Source: Centroscyllium fabricii
Lineage: Eukaryota
Length of the DNA: 64,000 nt
Direction of reading: 5' to 3'
Assembly: GCA_051313645.2 (NCBI GenBank)
Contig: JBNRSN020000089.1
Span: 3,100,001-3,164,000 of the forward strand
The position numbers were made by a program, and so were the translations under genes. Every line of letters starts with the position of its first letter. Within the stretch, counting starts at the first letter, position 1. Positions 54,601 to 64,000 of the stretch are shown here, piece by piece. Below the pieces are notes generated by a model. That model had not been told where the DNA came from. It did no database searches and saw only the letters and a list, made by a program, of their open reading frames with translations.

Positions 54601-54794
54601 GCTGTCCAGAGACTGGAATGTTCCTAACCCACTCCTTGCTGTGTGGAGACTGGGAGGTGCCTACCCTATCCCTTGCAGTCTCTAGACTGGGATGTCCCTA
54701 CCACTTCCCTTGCTGTCTGGAGATTGGGATGTCCATACCACATCCCTTGCTGTCTCTAATCGGGGATGCTCCTACCCCTTCCCTTGCTGTCTGG
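48665..54794 (+). repeat. Near-identical tandem duplication of a 3056/3057-bp unit (48665-51721 / 51722-54777)
   Basis: TGTAACTAAA at 49641/52697; TAATCGGGGA at 51701/54757; truncated monomer TTGCTGGGAT at 49151/52208. ORFs 50415/53471, 50452/53508 and 51192/54248 are identical. Confidence 0.92.
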
Positions 54795-56990
54795 AGACTG
54801 GGATATCCCTGCTCCATCCCTTGCTGTCCAGAGACTGGGATGTTAATACCCCTTCCCTTGCTGTCTCTAAAGTGATTTGTTCCTACCCCTTTTCTTGCTG
54901 TCTGGAGACTGGGATGACCCAACCCCATCCCTTGCTCTCCAGAGACTGGGATGTTCCTACCCCTTCCCTTGCTCTCTGGAGACTGGGATGTCCCTACCCC
55001 ATCCCTTCACGTGAGGAGTCTGGGATGTTCCTACCCCAACCCTTGCTCTCTGGAGACTGGGATGTCCCTACCCCTTCACCTGCTGTCCAGAGACTGGAAT
55101 GTTCCCACCTCTTCCCTTGCAGCCTTGAGACTGGGATGTTCCTACCCCATCCCTTGCTGTCCGGAGACTGGGATGTCCCTACCGCTTCCCTTGCTATCTG
55201 GAGACTGGGATGTTCCTACCCCATCCCTTGCTGTCCAGAGACTGGGATGTTCCTAACCCATCCCTTGCTGTGTGGAGACTGGGAGGTGCCTACCCTATCC
55301 CTTGCAGTCTCTAGACTGGGATGTCCCTACCCCTTCCTTAGCTGTCTGGAGATTGGGATGTCCATACCACATCCCTTGCTGTCTCTAGACGTGGATGTTC
55401 CTACCCCTTCCCTTGCTGTCTGGAGACTGGGATATCCCTGCTCCATCCCTTGCTGTCCAGAGACTGGGATGTTAATACCCCTTCCCTTGCTGTCTCTAAA
55501 GTGATATGTTCCTACCCCTTTTCTTGCTGTCTGGAGACAGGGATGACCGAACCCCATCCCTTGCTGTCCAGAGACTGCGATGTTCCTACCCCTTCCCTTG
55601 CTCTCTGGAGACTGGGATGTCCCTACCCCATCCCTTCCCGTCAGGAGTCTGGGATCTTCCTACCCCAACCCTTGCTCTCTGGAGACTGGGATGTCCCTAG
55701 CCCTTCACCTGCTGTCCAGAGACTGGAATGTTCCTAACTCTTCCCTTGCTGTCTGGAGACTGGGATGTCCCTACCCCATTCCTTGCTGTCCGGAGACTGG
55801 GATTTCCCTTCCCCTTTCCTTGCTGTCTGGAGACTATGAAGTTCCTACCCCATCTCTTGCTGTCTTTAGATTGGGATGTTCCTACCCCTTCCCTTGTTGT
55901 CTCTAGACTGGGATGTTCCTACCCCTTCCCTTGCTGTCTCTAGACTGGGATGTTCCTACCCCTTTCCTTGCTGTCTGGAGACTGGGATGTTTCTACCCCA
56001 TCTCTTGCTGTCCCTAGACTGGGAAGTCCCTACCTCTTCCCTTGCTGTCCGGAGACTGGGATGTTCCTACCCCATCCCTTGCTGTCCGGAGACTTGGATG
56101 TCCCTACCGCTTCCCTTGCTATCTGGAGGCTGGGGTGTTCCTACCCCATCCCTTGCTGTCCAGAGCCTGGGATGTTCCTAACCCATCCCTTGCTGTGTGG
56201 AGACTGGGAGGTGCCTACCCTATCCCTTGCAGTCTCTAGACTGGGATGTCCCTACCCCTTCCTTTGCTGTCTGGAGTTTGGGATGTCCATACCACATCCC
56301 TTGCTGTCTCTAGACGTGGATGTTCCTAACCCTTCCCTTGCTGTCTGGAGACTGGGATATCCCTGCTCCATCCCTTGCTGTCCAGAGACTGGGATGTTAA
56401 TACCCCTTCCCTTGCTGTCTCTAAAGTGATATGTTCCTACCCCTTTTCTTGCTGTCTGGAGACAGGGATGACCCAACCCCATCCCTTGCTGTCCAGAGAC
56501 TGGGATGTTCCTACCCCTTCCCTTGCTCTCTGGAGACTGGGATGTCCCTACCCCATCCCTTCCCGTCAGGAGTCTGGGATGTTCCAACCCCAACCCTTGC
56601 TCTCTGGAGACTGGGATGTCCCTAGCCCTTCACCTGCTGTCCAGAGACTGGAATGTTCCTAACTCTTCCCTTGCTGTCTGGAGACTGGGATGTCCCTACC
56701 CCATTATTTGCTGTCCGGAGACTGGGATTTCCCTTCCCCTTTCCTTGCTGTCTGGAGACTATGAAGTTCCTACCCCATCTCTTGCTGTCTTTAGATTGGG
56801 ATGTTCCTACCCCTTCCCTTGTTGTCTCTAGACTGGGATGTTCCTAACCTTTCCCTTGCTGTCTCTAGACTGGGATGTTCCTACCCCTTTCCTTGCTGTC
56901 TGGAGACTGGGATGTTTCTACCCCATCTCTTGCTGTCCCTGGACTGGGAAGTCCCTACCTCTTCCCTTGCTGTCCGGAGACTGGGATGTC
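54480..56990 (+). repeat. Three related blocks from tandem duplications of 629 bp (17 monomers) and 925 bp (25 monomers)
   Basis: TGTTAATACC at 54841, 55470 and 56395, each followed by CTAAAGTGAT; minus-strand ORFs at 54698, 55327 and 56252. Confidence 0.82.
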
Positions 56991-57849
56991 CCTACCCCAT
57001 CCATAGATGTCTCTAGACTGGGATGTCACTACCTCTTCCCTTGCTGTCTGGAGACTGGAATGTCCCTACCCCTTCCCTTTCTGACTGGAGACTGGGATGT
57101 TCCTACCCCATCCCTTGCTGTCCAGAGACTGGGATGTTCCTACCCATTCCCTTGCTGTCTGGAGCCTGGATGTCCCTAACTCTTCCTTTGCTGTCTGGAG
57201 ACTGGGATGTCCCTACCTCTTCCCTTGCTGTCTCTAGACTGGGATGTTCCTACCCCATCTCTTGCTGTCCGGAGACTGGGATCTCCCTACACCATCCCTT
57301 GCTGTCTGGAGACTGGGAAGTTCCTAACCCATCCCTTGCTGTCTCTAGACTGGGATATCCCTACACCTTCCCTTACGGTCTGGACACTGGGATGTTCCTA
57401 CCCCATCCCTTCCTGTCCAGAGTCTGGGATGTTCCTACGTCTACCCTTGCTGTCTGGAGACTGGGATGTTCCAATCACTTCCCTTGCTGTCTGGAGACTG
57501 GGATGTCACTACCACATCCATTGCTCTCTGTAGACTGGGATGTTCCTACCCCTTCCCCTGCTGTCTGGAGACTGTGATGTTCTTACCCCATCCCTTGAAG
57601 TCTGGAGACTGGGATGTCACTTTCCCATGCATTGCTGTCCAGAGACTGGGATGTTCCTACCCCTTCGCATTCTGTCTGGAGAAAGCAATGAGCCAACCTC
57701 TTCCCTTGCTGTCTGGAGACTGGGATGTTCCTACCCCATCCCTTGATGTCCGGAGTCTGGGATGTCCCTACCGCTTCCCTTCCTGTCTGGAGACTGGGAT
57801 GTTCCTACCTCTTCCCTTGCTGTCTGTAGACTGGGATGATCCTTTCCCT

Positions 57850-60830
57850 TCCCTTGCTGTCTGTAGACAGGGATGTCCCTACCCCATCCCTTGCTGTCTC
57901 TAGACTGGGATGTACCTACCCCTTCCCTTGCTGTCCAGAGACTGGGATGTTCCTACAAATTCCCTTGCTGTCTGGAGACTGGGATGTCCCTACCACTTCC
58001 CTTCCTGTCTCTAGACTGGGATGACCCCACCCCTTCCCTTGCTGTCTGGAGACTGGGATGTTCCTAACTAATCGTTTTCTATCTCTAGACTGGGATGTCC
58101 CTACCCCTTCCTTTGCTGTCTGGAGACTGGGATGTTCCTTCCTCTTCCCTTGCTGTCTCTAGACTGGGATGTTCCTACCCCTTTCCTTGCTGTCCGGAGA
58201 CTGGGATGTCTCTACACCTTCCCTTGCTGTCTGGAGACTGGGATGTTCCTACCCCTTCCCTTGCTGTCTGGAGACTGGGATGTCACTACCCCTTCCCTTG
58301 CTGTCCAGAGACTGGGATGTTCCTACGTCTTCCCTTGGGGTCTGGAGACTGGGATGTTCCTACCTCTTCCCTTGCTGTCTCTAGACTGTGATGTCCCTAA
58401 CCCTTCCCTTGCTGCCCAGAGACTGGGATGTTCCTACCTCTTCCCTTGCTGTCTGGAGACTGGGATGTTCCTACCTCTTCCCTTTCTGTCTCTAGACTGG
58501 GATGTCCCTACCCCTTCCCTTGCTGTCTGGAGACTGGGAAGTCCCTACCCCATCCCTTGCTGTCTCTAGACTGGATGTCCCTACCCCATCCCTTCCCGTC
58601 TGGAGACTGGGATGTTCCTACCCCATCCCTTGCTGTCCAGAGACTGGGATGTTCCTAACACATCACCTGCAGTCTGGAGACTGGGATGTCCCTACCCCAT
58701 CCCTTGCAGTCTCTAGACTGGGATTTCCCTACCCCTTCCCTTGCTGTCTGGAGATTGGGATGTTCCTAACACATCACTTGCTTCTCTAGACTGGGATGTC
58801 CCTACCCCTTCCCTTGCTGTCTGGAGACTGGGATGTTCCTACCCCTTCCCTTGCTGTCCAGAGACTGGGATGTCCCTACCTCTTCCCTTGCTGTCTCTAG
58901 ATTTTGATGACCCTACCCCTTCCCTTGCTGTCCAGAGACTGGGATGTTCCTACCTCTTCCCTTGCTGTCTGGAGACTGGGATGTTCCTACCTCTTCCCTT
59001 TCTGTCTCTAGACTGGGATGTCCCTACCCCTTCCCTTGCTGTCTGGAGACTGGGATGTCCCTACCCCATCCCTTGCTGTCCATAGACTGGGATGTTCCTA
59101 TCCCATCACTTGCTGTCCGGAGACTGGGATGTCCCTATCGCATCCCTTGATGTCTCTAGACTGGAATGTTCCTACTTCTTCCCTTGCTGTCTGGAGACTG
59201 GGTTGTCCCTACCCCATCCCTTCCTGTCTGGAGACTGGGATGTTCCTACCCCATCACTTGCTGTCCGGAGACTGAGATGTCCCTACCCATTCCCTTGCTG
59301 TCCATAGACTGGAATGTTGCCACCTCTTCCATTGCTGTCTGGAGACAGGGATGTCCTTACCCCATCCCTTGCTGTCTCTAGACTGGGATGTACCTACCCC
59401 CTCCCTTGCTGTCCAGAGACTGGGATGTTCCTACCCATTCGCTTGCTGTCTGGAGACTGGGATGTCCCTAACACTTCCCTTGCTGTCTCTAGACTGCGAT
59501 GTCCCCACCCCTTCCTTTGCTGTCTGGGGACTGGGATGTTCCTAACTAATCTATTTCTGTATCTAGACTGGGATGTCCCTACCCCTTCCTTTGCTGTCTG
59601 GAGGCTGGGATGTTCCTTCCTCTTCCCTTGCTGTCTCTAGACTGGGATGTTCCTACCCCGTTCCTTGCTGTCCGGAGACTGTGATGTCTCTACCCCTTCC
59701 CTTGCTGTCTGGAGACTGGGATGTTCCTACCCCTTCCCTTGCTGTCTGGAGACTGGGATGTCACTACCCCTTCCCTTGCTATCCAGAGACTGGGATGTTC
59801 CTACGTCTTCCCTTGGGGTCTGGATACTGGGATGTTCCTACCTCTTCCCTTGCTGTCTCTAGACTGTGATGTCCCTACCCCTTCCCTTGCTGCCCAGAGA
59901 CTGGGATGTTCCTACCTCTTCCCTTGCTGTCTGGAGACTGGGATGTTCCTACCTCTTCCCTTTCTGTCTCTAGACTGGGATGTCCCTACCCCTTCCCTTG
60001 CTGTCTGGAGACTGGGATGTCCCTACCCCATCCCTTGCTGTCTCTAGACTGGGATGTCACTACACCATCCCTTCCCGTCTGGAGACTGGGATGTTCCTAC
60101 CCCATCCCTTGCTGTCCAGAGACTGGGATGTTCCTAACACATCACCTGCAGTCTGGAGACTGGGATGTCCCTACCCCATCCCTTGCAGTCTCTAGACTGG
60201 GATGTCCCTACCCCTTCCCTTGCTGTCTGGAGATTGGGATGTTCCTAACACATCACTTGCTGTCTCTAGACTGGGATGTCCCTACCCCTTCCCTTGCTGT
60301 CTGGAGACTGGGAAGTTCCTACCCCTTCCCTTGCTGTCCAGAGACTGGGATGTCCCTACCTCTTCCCTTGCTGTCTCTAGATTTTGATGTCCCTACCCCT
60401 TCCCTTGCTGCCCAGAGACTGGGATGTTCCTACCTCTTCCCTTGCTGTCTGGAGACTGGGATGTTCCTACCCCTTCCCTTTCTGTCTCTAGACTGGGATG
60501 TCCCTACCCTTTCCCTAGCTGTCTGGAGACTGGGATGTCCCTACCCCATCCCTTGCTGTCCATAGACTGGGATGTTCCTATCCCATCACTTGCTGTCCGG
60601 AGACTGGGATGTCCCTATCCCATCCCTTGATGTCTCTAGACTGGAATGTTCCTAATTCTTCCCTTGCTGTCTGGAGACTGGGTTGTCCCTACCCCATCCC
60701 TTCCTGTCTGGAGACTGGGATGTTCCTACCCCATCACTTGCTGTCCGGAGACTGAGATGTCCCTACCCTTTCCCTTGCTGTCCATAGACTGGAATGTTGC
60801 CACCTCTTCCATTGCTGTCTGGAGACTGGG
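57850..60830 (+). repeat. Tandem ~1478-1480-bp (40-monomer) duplication, moderately diverged
   Basis: TTCCTAACTAATC at 58061/59539; ATTTTGATG at 58901/60381; ORFs 58095/59573 and 58428/59906. Confidence 0.8.
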
Positions 60831-63800
60831 ATGTTCCTACCCCATCCCTTGCTGTCCGGAGACTGGGATGTCCCTACCGCTTCCTTTGCTATCTGGAGAC
60901 TGGGAAGTTCCTACCGCATCCCTTGCTGTCCAGAGACTGGGATGTTCCTATCACATCCCTTGCTGTCTGGAGACTGGGATGTCCCTACCCCATCCCTTGC
61001 AGTCTCTAGACTGGGATGTCCCTACCCCTTTCCTTGCTGTCTGGAGATTGGGATGTTCCTAACCCATCACTTGCTGTCTCTAGACTGGGATGTCCCTACC
61101 CCTTCCCTTGCTTTCTGGAGACTGGGATGATCCTACCCCTTCCCTTGCTGTCCAGAGACTGGGATGTCCCTACCTCTTCCCTTGCTGGCTGGAGACTGGG
61201 ATGTTCCTACCCCATCCCTTGCTGTCCGGAGACTGGTATGTCCCTACCCCATCCCTTGCTGTCCGGAGACTGGGATGTCCCTAACCCTTCCCTTCCTGTC
61301 CAGAGACTGGTATGTTCCTACACCTTCGCTTGCTGTCAGGAGACTGGGATGTCCCTACCTCTTCCCTTTCTGTCTGGAGACGGGGATATTCCTATCTCTA
61401 CCCTTGCAGTCTCTAGACTGGGATGTTCCTACCCCATCCCTTGCTGTCCGGAGACTGGGAAGTCCCTACCCCATCCCTTGCTGTCTGGAGACTGGGATGT
61501 TCCTACCCCTTCCCTTGCTGTCCAGAGACTGGGATGTCCCAACCTCTTCCCTTGCTGTCTGGAGACTGCAATGTTCCTACCTCATCCCTTGCTGTCCGGA
61601 GACTGGTATGTCCCTACCACTTCCCTTGCTGTCAAGAGACTGGGATGTTCCTACCCCTTCCCTTGCTGTCAGGAGACTGGGATGTCCCTACCTCTTCCCT
61701 TTCTGTCTGGAGACGGGGATGTTCCTATCTCTTCCCTTGCTGTCTCTATTCTGGGATGTTCCTAACCCATCCCTTGCTGTACAGAGTCTGGGATGTACCT
61801 ACCCCATTCCTTGCTGTCCAGAGACTGGGATGTTCCTACCCCTTCCCTTGCTGTCTGGAGACTGGGATGTCCCTACCACTTCCCTTCCTGTCTCTAGACT
61901 GGGATGTCCCCACCCCTTCCCTTGCTGTCTGGAGACTGGGATGTTCCTACCTCATCGTTTTCTGTCTCTAGACTGGGATGTCCCTACCCCTTCCTTTGCT
62001 GTCCGGAGACTGGGATGTTCCTTCCTCTTCCCTTGCAGTCTCTAGACTGGGATCTTCCTACCCCTTTCCTTGCTGTCCGGAGACTGTGATGTCTCTACCC
62101 ATTCCCTTGCTGTCTGGAGACTGGGATGTTCCTACCCCTTACCTTGCTGTCTGGAGACTGGTATGTCAATACCCACTCCCTTGCTGTCCAGAGACTGGGA
62201 TGTTCCTACCTCTTCCCTTGGGGTCTGGAGACTGGGATGTTCCTACCTCTTCCCTTGCTGTCTCTAGACTGTGATGTCCCTACCCCTTCCCTTGCTGCCA
62301 CAGAGACTGGGATGTTCCTAACTCTTCCCTTGCTGTCTGGAGACTGGGATGTTCCTACCTCTTCCCTTTCTGTCACTAGACTGGGATGTCCCTACCCCTT
62401 CCCTTTCTGTCTGGAGACTGGGATGTTCCTATCCCATCACTTGCCGTCCGGAGACTGAGATGTCCCTACCCCTTCCCTTGCTGTCCAGAGACTGGAATTT
62501 TGCCACCTCTTCCATTGCTGTCTGGAGACTGGGATGTTCCTACCCCATCCCTTGCTGTCCGGAGACTGGGATGTCCCTACCGCTTCCCTTGCTATCTGCA
62601 GACAGGGATGTTCCTACCCCATCCCTTGCTTTCCAGAGACTGGGATGTTCCTAACACATCCCTTGCTGTCTGGAGACTGGGATGTCCCTAACCCATCCCT
62701 TGCAGTCTCTAGACTGGGATGTCCCTACCCCTTCCCTTGCTGTCTGGTGATTGGAATGTTCCTAACCCATCACTTGCTGTCTCTAGACTGGGATGTCCCT
62801 ACCCCTTCCCTTGCTGTCTGGAGACTGGGATGTTCCTACCCCTTCCCTTGCTGTCCAGAGACAGGGATGTCCCTATCTCTTCCCTTGCTGTCTGGAGACT
62901 GGGATGTTCCTACCCCATCCCTTGCTGTCAGGAGTCTGGGATGTCCCTACCTCTTCCCTTTCTGTCTGGAGACGGGGATGTTCCTAGCTCTTTCCTTGCT
63001 GTCTCTAGACTGGGATGTTCCTACCCCATCCCTTGCTGTCCGGAGACTGGGATGTCCCTACCCCATCCCTTGCTCTCTGGAGACTGGGATTTTCCTACCC
63101 CTTCCCTTGCTGTCCAGAGACTGGGATGTCCCTACCTCTTCCCTTGCTGTCTGGAGACTGGGATGTTCCTACCCCATCCCTTGCTGTCCGGAGACTGGTA
63201 TGTTCCAACCCCTTCCCTTGCTGTCAAGAGACTGGGATGATCCTACCCCTTCCCTTGCTGTCAGGAGACTGGGAGTTCCCTACCTCTTCCCTTTCTGTCT
63301 GGAGACGGGGATGTTCCTATCTATTAACTTGCTGTCTCTAGACTGGGATGTTCCTACCCCATCCCTTGCTGTCCGGAGACTGGGATGTCCCTACACCATC
63401 CCTTGCTGTCTGGAGACTGGGATGTCCCTAACCCTTCCCTTGCTGTCTGTTGACTGGGATGTTCCTACACCTGCCCTTGCTGTCTCTAGGCTGGGATGTT
63501 CCTACCTCATCCCTTGCTGTCCATAGTCTGTAATGTTCCTACCTCTTCCCTTGCTGTCCGAAGACTGGGATGTTCCTAACCTTTTCCTTGCTGTCTGGAG
63601 ACTGGGATGTTCCTACCCCATCAATTGCTGTCTGGAGACTGGGAATTTCCTACCCCATCCCTTGCTGTCTGGAGACTGGGATTCACCCACCCCATCCCTT
63701 GCTGTCTCTAGACAGCGATATTCCTACCCCACCCCTTGCTTTCACTAGACTGGGGTGTTCCTACACCATCCGTTGCTGTCCGGAGACTGGGATGTCCCTA

Positions 63801-64000
63801 TCCCATCTCTTGCTGTCTCTAGACTGGGATGTTCCTACCCAATCCCTTGCTGTCCGGAGACTGTGATGTCCCTATCCCTTCCCTTGCTCTCTGGAGACTG
63901 GTATGTCCCTACCTCTTCCCTTGCTGTACAGAGACTGGGATGTCCCTACCACATACCTTGCTGTCCAGAGACTGGGATTATCCTACCCCTTCCCTTGCTG

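Larger units (their letters stand above)
1..64000 (+). repeat. Tandem satellite DNA array, 37-bp monomer (~1,730 copies, all same orientation), running off both window ends
   Basis: Consensus GACTGGGATGTTCCTACCCCATCCCTTGCTGTCTGGA (37 nt) recurs in register from first to last base. Monomers differ by a few substitutions and occasional indels. ORF starts in the track are spaced by multiples of 37 (e.g. 5143/5180, 15196/15233/15270). Confidence 0.98.

Noticed and set aside
1311-56593. Short minus-strand ORFs (e.g. 1311-1496, 7739-7963, 47292-47558, 56252-56593)
   Set aside because: They appear only where the recurrent minus-strand TAG is locally mutated, and are translations of the same repeat.
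1-64000. CRISPR array (37-bp partly palindromic repeat ending in ...GAC)
   Set aside because: Repeats abut directly with no unique spacers and are too heterogeneous. There is no leader and no cas gene.
1-64000. Antigenic-variation cassette library, diversity-generating or recombinase-site (attC/loxP-like) array
   Set aside because: There is no expression locus, recombinase, reverse transcriptase or cargo between repeats. Point mutation plus tandem duplication explains the variation.
1-64000. Synthetic construct suggested by dense XbaI (TCTAGA), BspEI (TCCGGA), BsmAI (GTCTC) and FokI (GGATG) sites
   Set aside because: The sites are incidental to the monomer. Graded divergence and nested duplications indicate natural evolution.
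1-64000. Telomeric repeat, tRNA/5S tandem genes, or transposon termini
   Set aside because: There is no short telomeric unit, no cloverleaf or Pol III A/B boxes, and no TIR, LTR or TSD boundaries in the window.

Overview
The whole 64 kb window is one uninterrupted, head-to-tail tandem satellite array of about 1,730 copies of a 37-bp monomer. The consensus is GACTGGGATGT[T/C]CCTACC[C/T]C[A/T]TCCCTTGCTGTC[TGGA/CGGA/TCTA/CAGA], about 57% GC and pyrimidine/C-rich on the + strand. I see no unique sequence, spacers, inversions, transposon insertions, RNA genes or credible protein-coding genes. The hundreds of + strand ORFs arise because 37 is not a multiple of 3 and the consensus has no + strand stop, so every frame cycles through the same 37-aa pseudo-peptide. 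The informative structure lies above the monomer. Rare variant monomers reveal nested multi-kilobase tandem duplications with offsets of 370, 629, 925, 1329, 1478, 1481, 1738, 1990, 2183, 3056, 3135, 3360, 4828 and 4919 bp, and their order can partly be reconstructed. The junction variants fit CpG decay, suggesting a methylated eukaryotic genome. I cannot assign a species or named satellite family, and I found no evidence of a protein-based novel system.
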